NCBI GenBank assembly: GCA_016191395.1
Contig: JACPOS010000004.1
Location: 4,166 to 68,165 of the forward strand
Origin: Chloroflexota bacterium
GTDB taxonomy: Bacteria > Chloroflexota > Limnocylindria > Limnocylindrales > CSP1-4
DNA: 64,000 bases
Direction of reading: 5' to 3'
Shown here: one piece after another, positions 10,454 to 18,529 of the stretch
How positions within the stretch are numbered: position 1 is the stretch's first letter
Layout of the letters: every line of letters begins with the position of its first letter
Notes under the pieces: model-generated
What the model was told of the DNA's origin: nothing
The model's input: only the letters and a program-made list of their open reading frames with translations
The model's database searches: none
Program-made: the position numbers and the translations under genes

Positions 10454-11737
10454 ATGAACGGGCAGCTCGTCGTGCAGAAGTTCGGGGGCTCCTCGCTCGC
10501 CGAGGCCGGCCGGATTCGGCACGTCGCCGGGCGGATCGCGCGGGCACGGGCGACCGGCGCGAACCTCGTCGTCGTCGTCTCGGCGATGGGCGACACCACG
10601 GACGAGCTCCTCTCGCTCGCGGCCGCCATCACGGACGATCCGAACCCACGCGAGCTGGACATGCTCCTCGCCACCGGCGAGCACCAGAGCGCGACGCTCG
10701 TCTCGATGGCGCTCCACGCACAGGGCGTCAACGCCATCTCGCTGACCGGCGCGCAGGCGGGCATCACCACGGACGCGAGCCACGGGCGGGCACGAATCGC
10801 CAACGTGGAGCCTCGCCGCGTGCGCGCGGAGATCGAGCAGGGCAACGTCGTGATCGTCGCGGGGTTCCAGGGCCAGCGCCTCGGCTCCGATGCAGGTGGC
10901 CAGCCGGGCGAGACGACGACGCTGGGGAGGGGCGGATCGGACACGACAGCGGTCGCGCTTGCCGCCGCCCTCGGCGCAGACCGGTGCCAGATCTTCACCG
11001 ACGTGCGCGGCATCTACACCGCCGACCCGCGCCTCGTCGAGGACGCGCGCCAGCTGAGCGTGATCGGCTACGAGGAGATGCTGGAGCTCGCGCAGCAGGG
11101 CGCCCAGGTCATGCAGGTTCGCGCCGTGGAGCTCGGCTGGATCAACGGCGTGGAGATCGAGGTCCTGAGCTCGTTCGAGGATGCGCCCGGTACCCTGATC
11201 AGGGAGGATCCGCTCGTGGAGCAGCGCAACAAGGTTCGGGGGCTCGCGCACGACCGCAACGTCGCCAAGGTGACGCTGCTGGCCGTGCCGGATCGGCCGG
11301 GCATCGCCCGGAGCGTCTTCGCGCCGCTCGCTGACGCCGGGATCAACGTGGACATGATCGTCCAGAACGTGGGCCACGACGGTGCAACGGACCTGTCGTT
11401 CACGGTGCCCCGTGCCGAGCTCCCTCGCGCCGAGAAGGTGCTCGCTCCCGTCGTTGCCGAGATGGGCGCCCGCGGGCTCTCCACCGACCCGACGGTCGCC
11501 AAGGTGTCGATCATCGGCGCGGGCCTGCACAACGCGCCGGGCTACGCCGCGCGCATGTTCGGGACGCTCGCGGACGCGGGCGTGAACATCGAGATGATCT
11601 CCACGTCCGAGGTGCGGATCACCTGCGTGATCGAGGAGGCCAGCCTCAAGGCGGCACTCGATGCGCTGCACGGGGCGTTCGAGCTGGAACGGCCGGACCC
11701 GGTCGACACCGAAGCCGCCCTTCCCCGGGCGGGCTGA
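10454..11737 (+). CDS. lysC: aspartate kinase
   Basis: Starts MNGQLVVQKFGGSSL. VVVVSAMGDTTDELL motif and C-terminal ACT repeats are present. ATG at 10454 chosen inside ORF 10382..11737. Confidence 0.92.
   Translation: MNGQLVVQKFGGSSLAEAGRIRHVAGRIARARATGANLVVVVSAMGDTTDELLSLAAAITDDPNPRELDMLLATGEHQSATLVSMALHAQGVNAISLTGAQAGITTDASHGRARIANVEPRRVRAEIEQGNVVIVAGFQGQRLGSDAGGQPGETTTLGRGGSDTTAVALAAALGADRCQIFTDVRGIYTADPRLVEDARQLSVIGYEEMLELAQQGAQVMQVRAVELGWINGVEIEVLSSFEDAPGTLIREDPLVEQRNKVRGLAHDRNVAKVTLLAVPDRPGIARSVFAPLADAGINVDMIVQNVGHDGATDLSFTVPRAELPRAEKVLAPVVAEMGARGLSTDPTVAKVSIIGAGLHNAPGYAARMFGTLADAGVNIEMISTSEVRITCVIEEASLKAALDALHGAFELERPDPVDTEAALPRAG
11216..11737 (+). CDS. possible in-frame nested aspartate kinase beta (regulatory ACT) subunit
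   Basis: Internal in-frame GTG at 11216 is preceded by GGGAGGA (11202-11208) with a 7-nt spacer. It would give a 173-aa ACT-domain product, analogous to the nested lysC-beta of Corynebacterium/Mycobacterium. Confidence 0.45.
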   Translation: MEQRNKVRGLAHDRNVAKVTLLAVPDRPGIARSVFAPLADAGINVDMIVQNVGHDGATDLSFTVPRAELPRAEKVLAPVVAEMGARGLSTDPTVAKVSIIGAGLHNAPGYAARMFGTLADAGVNIEMISTSEVRITCVIEEASLKAALDALHGAFELERPDPVDTEAALPRAG

Positions 11738-11743
11738 GCCCTC

Positions 11744-12571
11744 GTGTCCATCTCGACCGGCGCCACCCCAGCGACAGACTGGCTCGCCCGCATCGAGCGG
11801 TTCGAGGTCGTCGGCTCGACGAACGACATCGTCGCGGACTGGCTCCGCGACGGCACGCCGGAAGTCTGCGTCGCGATCGCCGACGAGCAGGTCGCGGGCC
11901 GCGGCAGGAACGGTCGAACGTGGTCGGCGCCGGCGGGTGCATCGCTCCTCGCGTCGGTCGGCTTCCGCCCGACGTGGTTGGAGCCCCCACAGGCGTGGCG
12001 GCTCGGCGCGCTCGTGTCGCTCGCGATGGCCGATGCAGCGGAATCGACGGCCGGGCTCCCCACCGGCACGGTGCGCCTCAAGTGGCCGAACGACCTGGTC
12101 ATCCTCGACGGGACCGGCGCCGCCCTGAAGGTCGCCGGGGTGCTCGGCGAGACCGAGGGCCTCGGCACGCCGCTCGCGCAGGCCGTGATCGGCATCGGCA
12201 TCAACGTCGACTGGGCGCGCGGCAGCTTCCCCGCCGAGTTCGCGGCATCGATGACGTCCCTGTCGGAGGCTGCAGCCGGTCGCGAAGTCGGGCGCGACGC
12301 CCTGACCCAGGCGTTCCTCGCTCGCCTGGAGCCGCTGACGGCGGAGCTTCGGGGCGGGCGGTTCGCGGCCGACGCGTGGCGCAGACGGCAGCTGACCAAC
12401 GGCCTGCCGGTCCGCCTCGAGTGGCCGGACGGCGAGGTCGAGACGGTGACGGCCGTCGACGTGGATCCTGACTCCGGCGCCCTGCTGGTCCGCCCGGTCG
12501 GGAGCAGCGGGCAGCCGCGGCCGGTGCTGGTCGGGGAGATCCGGCATCTCCGGTTCGGCGGCGTGGTCTGA
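11744..12571 (+). CDS. birA: biotin--[acetyl-CoA-carboxylase] ligase (no N-terminal HTH)
   Basis: GRGRNGRTW motif and KWPNDL motif are present. 275 aa. Starts 7 nt after the lysC stop. Confidence 0.85.
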   Translation: MSISTGATPATDWLARIERFEVVGSTNDIVADWLRDGTPEVCVAIADEQVAGRGRNGRTWSAPAGASLLASVGFRPTWLEPPQAWRLGALVSLAMADAAESTAGLPTGTVRLKWPNDLVILDGTGAALKVAGVLGETEGLGTPLAQAVIGIGINVDWARGSFPAEFAASMTSLSEAAAGREVGRDALTQAFLARLEPLTAELRGGRFAADAWRRRQLTNGLPVRLEWPDGEVETVTAVDVDPDSGALLVRPVGSSGQPRPVLVGEIRHLRFGGVV

Positions 12572-12587
12572 GGCGGGGTGTAACGAA

Positions 12588-13238
12588 GTGGCGCGCCGGG
12601 CATTGTGGAGAGTTGGAGCGGCGAAGGACGCCGTCCCCCGGCTCGCGCACCTGGACCAGGACCGACCGCTGGTGCTGGCCGCGCAGCGCGATCCGGCCAG
12701 GTTCGACGCCCTGTATCGCAGGTACCTCGCCCGCGTGTATTCCTACGCCTACTACGAGCTCGGCGACCATCACGCCGCGGAGGATGCCACCGAGGCGACC
12801 TTCGTGGCCGCCCTGACGAACCTGTCGCAGTTCCAGGAGCGGGCGCGCCCTGCGGACGGGGACGGCGCCTCGACCTTCCGCGTCTGGCTCTTCCAGATCG
12901 CCCGCAACGAGATCGCCGGTGAGCGACGACGCGCGCGCCGTCGACCGCTGGAGCCGATCGGCGAGATGATCATCGCGGACCCGCTCAACGTCGAGGACGA
13001 GGCGGTTCGGCGCGATCAGGCTCGAGAGGCGTGGCGCGCGGTCGGCCGGCTGCCCGGCGAGCGCCGGCAGGCGATGGTGCTGCGCTTCGTGGACGAGCTG
13101 AGCACCGCGGAGATCGCCGGGGTGCTCGGTCGGTCCGAAGGTGCGGTACGCGTGCTGATCCACCGCGCCCTTCGGAGCGTGGCTCGGGATCTCAAGGGCG
13201 GCGAGCGGGGCAACGGCGAGCGCGGTCGCACGTCGTGA
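12588..13238 (+). CDS. ECF-type RNA polymerase sigma-70 family factor
   Basis: Region 2 (FDALYRRYLARVYSYAYYELGDHHAAEDATEATF; FRVWLFQIARN) and region 4 (LPGERRQAMVLRFVDELSTAEIAGVLGRSEGAVRVLIHRAL) are recognisable. Confidence 0.85.
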   Translation: MARRALWRVGAAKDAVPRLAHLDQDRPLVLAAQRDPARFDALYRRYLARVYSYAYYELGDHHAAEDATEATFVAALTNLSQFQERARPADGDGASTFRVWLFQIARNEIAGERRRARRRPLEPIGEMIIADPLNVEDEAVRRDQAREAWRAVGRLPGERRQAMVLRFVDELSTAEIAGVLGRSEGAVRVLIHRALRSVARDLKGGERGNGERGRTS

Positions 13239-13735
13239 CCGTCCATCGCCGGGACGTCGGCGAGATCGAAGCGCTGATCACCGACCGCTACCTCGATTCA
13301 CTGCTCGCGGTCCAGCCCGTCGACGACGATCGCCTCCTGGGCGCGCCGGGGTTCACCGTCAGCGCGGCTGTCCGGGAGATCTCCCGGCGCCTGTCGGCCG
13401 ACCTACCCCGCTTCCATCCCTCGTTCCGCTTCGAGGAGCGGCTTGCCCTCCGGCTCGCCGAGGTCGCCGCGGCAATGCGCCTCTCCGTGGCCGCGGGCGG
13501 CGAGGGCCAACCCGTGGCCATCCGGCGGATCACGCCGGTCGCGCAGGACCCCCTGGTCGTCCTCGATGACGCGGAGCTGGACGGACGGGTGCCACCCCGA
13601 CCGATCCTGATCGGAGGCGCGGTCGCCGCGTCCGCGCTCAGCCTGGCCGGAGCGTGGCTTGCCTGGCGCCGCCGAACGTCGCCGATGGCCCGCGCCGTCC
13701 GCGCGGCCCATGCGATGCGGCAGTCGGGGACCTGA
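13235..13735 (+). CDS. membrane-anchored hypothetical protein, candidate anti-sigma factor
   Basis: GTG overlaps the sigma stop (GTGA). 166 aa with a single TM near the C-terminus (ILIGGAVAASALSLAGAWLAW). The anti-sigma role rests on position only; no zf-HC2 motif. Confidence 0.5.
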   Translation: MTVHRRDVGEIEALITDRYLDSLLAVQPVDDDRLLGAPGFTVSAAVREISRRLSADLPRFHPSFRFEERLALRLAEVAAAMRLSVAAGGEGQPVAIRRITPVAQDPLVVLDDAELDGRVPPRPILIGGAVAASALSLAGAWLAWRRRTSPMARAVRAAHAMRQSGT

Positions 13736-13739
13736 TCTC

Positions 13740-14777
13740 GTGCCGATCAAGCTGCCCTCGTTCCGCCCCCGCCGCGACGTCTACCCGCCCGACCTGTGGA
13801 CGAAGTGCCCGTCGTGCTCGGAGATGCTGTTCAACAAGACGCTGGACAAGGCAGACCGCGTCTGCCCCACGTGCGACCACCACTTCCGGCTTTCCGCGGT
13901 CGCGCGGCTGGACATGCTCGTGGACCCCGGGACCTTCCAGGAGCGCGATCCCGGCCTCCAGTCGGTGGATCCGCTCGGCTTCGTGGACCAGAAGGCGTAC
14001 CCGGATCGCGTGACGGCCGCCCAGGCCCAGACCGGCCTGCGCGACGCTGCCGTGCGCGGACTCGGGGCGATCGAAGGCCAGCCGGTCTCGATCTGCGTCA
14101 TGGACTTCGGGTTCATGGGCGGCTCCATGGGCGCGGTCGTGGGCGAGAAGGTGACCCGTGCTGCCGAGGACGCACTCCTCGCCCGGATCCCGTTGATCGT
14201 GGTCTCGGCCTCCGGCGGCGCACGCATGCAGGAGGGCACCCTCGCCCTCATGCAGCTCGCCAAGACGTGCGCGATCCTGGAGCGCGTCCGCGCCGCGCGC
14301 GTCCCGTACCTCAGCGTCATGAGCGACCCGACGACCGGCGGCGTCTTCGCCTCGTACGCGGTCCTCGGCGACGTCAACCTCGCAGAGCCGAATGCGCTCA
14401 TCGGCTTTGCCGGCGCTCGCGTGGCTGCCGGCACGATCTCCCAGGAGCTGCCACCGGGCTTCCAGCGGAGCGAGTTCCTCTTCGAGCACGGGTTCATCGA
14501 CCGGATCGTCCACCGGCGTGCGCTCCGCGGCGAGCTCGCGAGCCTGCTGCGGTTCATGCGTGCGCCCGAGCTGCCGGCGGCAGCGACCGCGACGTCCGGG
14601 CCGATCGGCACGTTCCTCTCGTCCGTCGTCGGCGTCGCGAGCGGCGCGGCGGGTGGCCTCGCGGGTGCCGCCGGCGGGATCGTGGGCGCGGCGGCAGGTG
14701 CCGTGACCGGCGCGGGCGGCACGAACGGCGGCAACGGGAACGGCAACGGCAACGGGGAGGGTGACCCGCATGGTTGA
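13740..14777 (+). CDS. accD: acetyl-CoA carboxylase carboxyltransferase beta subunit
   Basis: N-terminal Zn ribbon CPSCSEMLF...CPTCDHH. Carboxyltransferase core FMGGSMG. GTG at 13740 lies 5 nt after the upstream stop. Has a Gly/Asn-rich C-terminal tail. Confidence 0.9.
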   Translation: MPIKLPSFRPRRDVYPPDLWTKCPSCSEMLFNKTLDKADRVCPTCDHHFRLSAVARLDMLVDPGTFQERDPGLQSVDPLGFVDQKAYPDRVTAAQAQTGLRDAAVRGLGAIEGQPVSICVMDFGFMGGSMGAVVGEKVTRAAEDALLARIPLIVVSASGGARMQEGTLALMQLAKTCAILERVRAARVPYLSVMSDPTTGGVFASYAVLGDVNLAEPNALIGFAGARVAAGTISQELPPGFQRSEFLFEHGFIDRIVHRRALRGELASLLRFMRAPELPAAATATSGPIGTFLSSVVGVASGAAGGLAGAAGGIVGAAAGAVTGAGGTNGGNGNGNGNGEGDPHG

Positions 14778-15783
14778 TCGGCTGCTCGGCCGCCACGACC
14801 CCAAGACCGAGGCCAAGGGCGCCGACCTGCCCACGGACCCCAAGAGCGTGATGTGGCGCCGCGTCCAGCTCGCGCGCAACCTCGGGCGGCCGCGGACCCT
14901 GGACCTGCTCAAGGAGATGGCCGACGAGGTCATTGAGCTGCACGGGGACCGCGGGTTCGGCGACGACCCGGCGATGGCCGTTGGCTTCGCCCGCATCGAC
15001 GGCCGGCGGATCGCCTTCGTGGGGCAGCAGAAGGGCGCCGACACGGAGGAGAACATCCGCCGCAACTTCGGGATGCCACACCCGGAGGGCTACCGCAAGG
15101 CGATGCGGGTGTTCGAGCTCGCCGAGCGCTTCAACCTGCCGATCGTGACCTTCGTCGACGTGCCCGGCGCCCACCCCGGCCCCGAATCGGAGGAGCGCGG
15201 CATCGCCGAGGCCATCGCCCGGAGCATCGGGCTGATGAGCCGGCTGCGTACTCCGATCATCGCGATCATCACCGGCGAGGGCGGTTCCGGCGGCGCGCTC
15301 GCGATCGCCGTCGGCGACGTTGTGATCGCCCTGGAGAACGCGGTCTACTCGGTGATCAGCCCCGAGGGCTGCGCGTCCATCCTGTGGCGCACCGCCGACG
15401 AGGCCCCGACCGCCGCGCTGGCGATGCGGATGTCCGCCCAGGACCAGCTGGAGCTCGGCGTCATCGATCGGGTGGTCGCGGAGCCCGGCGAGGGTGCCCA
15501 CGCGGACCCGCGGGAGACGGCACGTCGCCTCCGCGCCGTGATCATCGACGAGCTGGATCGCCTGTCCGCGCTCACCACGGACGAGCTGGTCGAGGCCCGC
15601 TACCGGCGCTACCGCGCGCTCGGCCCGTACACTGAGGTCGCCGCGCCAGCCATGGCGCCACCGCCGAGTCGGAAGCTGGGCGATCGCCTCCGCGACCTGC
15701 TCGACCCGACCCGCTGGTCGATGGGCACGCCCCCGCCGGTCACGTCGCGGCGCGACGAGCCGCCCGCTCCAGAGGAGGTCTGA
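14761..15783 (+). CDS. accA: acetyl-CoA carboxylase carboxyltransferase alpha subunit
   Basis: ELHGDRGFGDDPAMAVGFARIDGR, FVDVPGAHPG and ITGEGGSGGALA motifs are present. Overlaps the accD end by 17 nt. Confidence 0.9.
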   Translation: MTRMVDRLLGRHDPKTEAKGADLPTDPKSVMWRRVQLARNLGRPRTLDLLKEMADEVIELHGDRGFGDDPAMAVGFARIDGRRIAFVGQQKGADTEENIRRNFGMPHPEGYRKAMRVFELAERFNLPIVTFVDVPGAHPGPESEERGIAEAIARSIGLMSRLRTPIIAIITGEGGSGGALAIAVGDVVIALENAVYSVISPEGCASILWRTADEAPTAALAMRMSAQDQLELGVIDRVVAEPGEGAHADPRETARRLRAVIIDELDRLSALTTDELVEARYRRYRALGPYTEVAAPAMAPPPSRKLGDRLRDLLDPTRWSMGTPPPVTSRRDEPPAPEEV

Positions 15784-15786
15784 TCG

Positions 15787-16482
15787 GTGCCCGAGGCAGG
15801 CCGCCAGCCCGAACCCCAGGACGACGGGTCGGATTCGAGTCGACTGGCCGACCACGCCGGCATCGCGCGCCTGACGGACGACCTCCTCCCGGCGCTCATC
15901 GCCAAGCTCTCCACCACCCAGCTCGGCGAGCTGGAGGTCCGCGAGGGCGACTGGCACATCCGGCTCCGCCGGCCGTACGGCATCGGGCCCGGCGAGGGTC
16001 GCCGCGCCTCCGACAAGCCGTCCCGCTCCCAGCCCGGCCACGAAGGGCATGGCCACGGGCGCGCCGCGGTCGAGAGCCACAGGCCCGCGCGGCCGGCGGC
16101 GTCGTCCGGAGGCGGCGCTGCATCGACTGGCGCGACCGCCGGAAGCGGCGCGGCAAGCGCGGCGTCGAACGGGACGGGGGCCCTGGGGCACGCCCCATCG
16201 TCGAAGGACGGCGATGGGGACCGGTCACGCTCCATCGCGACCTCACCAGCCGTCGGTGTCTTCAATCCCAGCCCACGCGCGGCCTCCGGCACGCGGGTGC
16301 GCGCCGGCGACAGCCTCGGCACGGTGGACATGCTCGGGGTCCCGCAGGACATCCCGGCGCCTGCCGACGGGGTGGTCGGCCAGACGCTCGTCGAGGCGGG
16401 CATGGCGGTGGAGTACGGGCAGGAGCTGATTCGCCTGGAGCTCACGGCGCCCACCTCCGCCGGGCCCGCGGAGGGCCGCTGA
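15787..16482 (+). CDS. biotin carboxyl carrier protein-like protein lacking the biotinyl-lysine
   Basis: The N-terminal LGELEVREGDWHIRLRR and the C-terminal biotinyl/lipoyl-like fold (SPAVGVF...GDSLGTVDMLGVPQDIPAPADGVV) align with BCCP. The EAMK site reads VDMLG (nt 16324-16338). No Lys in the last ~80 residues. Confidence 0.75.
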   Translation: MPEAGRQPEPQDDGSDSSRLADHAGIARLTDDLLPALIAKLSTTQLGELEVREGDWHIRLRRPYGIGPGEGRRASDKPSRSQPGHEGHGHGRAAVESHRPARPAASSGGGAASTGATAGSGAASAASNGTGALGHAPSSKDGDGDRSRSIATSPAVGVFNPSPRAASGTRVRAGDSLGTVDMLGVPQDIPAPADGVVGQTLVEAGMAVEYGQELIRLELTAPTSAGPAEGR

Positions 16483-17852
16483 TGTTCCGCCGGATCCTGA
16501 TCGCGAACCGCGGCGAGATCGCGCTGCGGATCCTGCGCGCCTGCCGGACGCTCGGGGTCGAGGCCGTCGTTGCGTACAGCGAGGCGGACCGCGACAGCCT
16601 GCCGGCGCAGCTCGCCGACGAGGCGATCTGCATCGGTCCGGCGGACGCGCGTCGCTCGTACCTCTCTGCGCCCGCGGTCATCTCCGCGGCGCTCGTCACC
16701 GGCTGCGACGCGGTCCACCCGGGCTACGGCTTCCTGTCCGAGGACGAGACGTTCGCCGAGGTGGTGCGCGCCCACGACCTGACGTTCATCGGGCCGCCGC
16801 CCGACGTGCTCGATCGGTTCGCCTCGAAGGAGGGGACGCGGCGGCTCCTCGGCGGGTTCGGGCTGCCGACGATCCCCGGCTCGGATTCCATGCTCCGCGA
16901 CGACCAGCACGCACTGGCCGAGGCGAACAGGATCGGCTACCCGGTGCTCATCAAGCCGTCCGCCGGCGGCGGCGGCAAGGGCATGCGCATGGTCCGCACC
17001 TCGCGTGAGCTGGAGTCGGCGATCAAGATCTGCCGGTCCGAGGCGAAGTCCGCGTTCGGCGACGACTCGCTGTACCTGGAGAAGTGGCTGGACGACAACC
17101 GCCACGTGGAGGTCCAGGTCGCGGTGGACCGCTTCGGCGCAGGCGTCCACTTCGGCGAGCGCGACTGCTCCGTCCAGCGCCGACACCAGAAGATCCTCGA
17201 GGAGGCGCCGACCCCGGCGCTGTCCGCCGAGAAGCGGGCTCAGCTGGCGGACGTGGCGATTCGCGCGGTCGTGGCCGCGGGCTACGAGAACGTGGGGACG
17301 CTGGAGTTCCTCGTGGACGGCGCGGGCAACGCCTATTTCATCGAGATCAACTGCCGGATCCAGGTGGAGCACCCGGTCACGGAGATGCTCACCGGCATCG
17401 ACCTCGTCGCGCTCCAGATCAGGATCGCGGCGGGCGAGCCGCTGGGGCTCCGCCAGTCGGACGTGGTGACCCGCGGTCACGCGATCGAGTTCCGGATCAA
17501 CGCCGAGGATCCCGCACACGACTTCCGGCCCGGCGCCGGGGTCATCGAGCGGTATCACGCGCCCGGCGGTCCCGGCGTGCGGATGGACTCCCACCTCTAC
17601 CCGGGGTACGAGGTGCCGCCGTACTACGACTCGCTGCTCGGCAAGCTCATCGTCTGGGGCCCCGATCGCCCGACGGCCATCGCGCGCGGCCGTGCCGCCC
17701 TGGAGGAGCTGCTCGTCGAGGGGGTCACGACGAACATCGAGATCCACCGAGCGCTGCTCGACAACGAGACGTTCCTGGAGGGGAAGATGACCACGAACCT
17801 GCTCGATCGCGTGGGCGGCGCCGCGTTCCTCGCCGCCGCGGCGGCTCGATGA
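16482..17852 (+). CDS. accC: acetyl-CoA carboxylase biotin carboxylase subunit
   Basis: Starts MFRRILIANRGEIALRILRA with an ATP-grasp core. ATG overlaps the upstream stop (ATGA-type). Confidence 0.95.
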   Translation: MFRRILIANRGEIALRILRACRTLGVEAVVAYSEADRDSLPAQLADEAICIGPADARRSYLSAPAVISAALVTGCDAVHPGYGFLSEDETFAEVVRAHDLTFIGPPPDVLDRFASKEGTRRLLGGFGLPTIPGSDSMLRDDQHALAEANRIGYPVLIKPSAGGGGKGMRMVRTSRELESAIKICRSEAKSAFGDDSLYLEKWLDDNRHVEVQVAVDRFGAGVHFGERDCSVQRRHQKILEEAPTPALSAEKRAQLADVAIRAVVAAGYENVGTLEFLVDGAGNAYFIEINCRIQVEHPVTEMLTGIDLVALQIRIAAGEPLGLRQSDVVTRGHAIEFRINAEDPAHDFRPGAGVIERYHAPGGPGVRMDSHLYPGYEVPPYYDSLLGKLIVWGPDRPTAIARGRAALEELLVEGVTTNIEIHRALLDNETFLEGKMTTNLLDRVGGAAFLAAAAAR

Positions 17853-17865
17853 CGGCCCGCGCCCG

Positions 17866-18339
17866 ATGACGGACCCGATGGCGTCCGCAGGGACGATTCA
17901 CACCACCCGCGAGATCGAGGCGCTCATCCCGCATCGCTGGCCGATGCTCATGGTCGACCGGATCGTGGAGTACGACCCCGAGGCCCAGCGCATCGTCGGG
18001 ATCAAGGGCGTGACCGCCACCGAGTTCTGGGCGCAGGGCCACTTCCCGGGCCTGCCCATCATGCCGGGAGTCCTCCAGGTGGAGGCGCTCGCGCAGACGA
18101 TGGCGGTCTACGTTGCCAAGCAGCCGGGGTTCGGCGAGCGGCTCGGCCTGTTTGCCGCGATCGAGGAGACCCGCTTCAAGCGCATGGTGGTGCCCGGGGA
18201 CGTGCTCCGCCTCGAGGTCACGATGGAGAAGCTCGGCAAGCGCTTCGGGCGCGGCCGGGGCGTCGCATCGGTCGATGGCGAGGTCGCCTGCGAAGCCCTC
18301 CTCTCCTTCATCATCCCGCCGGAAGGCGCGCTGCGGTGA
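17866..18339 (+). CDS. fabZ: 3-hydroxyacyl-ACP dehydratase
   Basis: IPHRWPMLMVDRI and HFPGLPIMPGVLQVEALAQ hot-dog motifs are present. Confidence 0.92.
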   Translation: MTDPMASAGTIHTTREIEALIPHRWPMLMVDRIVEYDPEAQRIVGIKGVTATEFWAQGHFPGLPIMPGVLQVEALAQTMAVYVAKQPGFGERLGLFAAIEETRFKRMVVPGDVLRLEVTMEKLGKRFGRGRGVASVDGEVACEALLSFIIPPEGALR

Positions 18340-18369
18340 CGTCCATCACCGTGCCCAACCGCCGCGGCT

Positions 18370-18382
18370 GGACTGGCAGTCC
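18370..18382. promoter_or_regulatory. 13-bp perfect palindrome GGACTGGCAGTCC (candidate operator, site 1)
   Basis: Identical to the site at 18515-18527. Lies in the fabZ-phosphoesterase spacer. Confidence 0.45.
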
Positions 18383-18514
18383 GTATTTCTGTGCTGATTC
18401 GTCCCGGACGAGACTGCTGGCCCAGTTCACGACACATTTCGCGACCCCCACCCCCGGAATCCCGTCGAATTGCGGACTCACGGCCCAGTCCTCGACGTCT
18501 CGACTCAGAAACGA

Positions 18515-18527
18515 GGACTGGCAGTCC
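18515..18527. promoter_or_regulatory. 13-bp perfect palindrome GGACTGGCAGTCC (candidate operator, site 2)
   Basis: Ends 3 nt before the ATG at 18530 and overlaps the likely SD (GAGGA). Confidence 0.45.
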
Positions 18528-18529
18528 AG

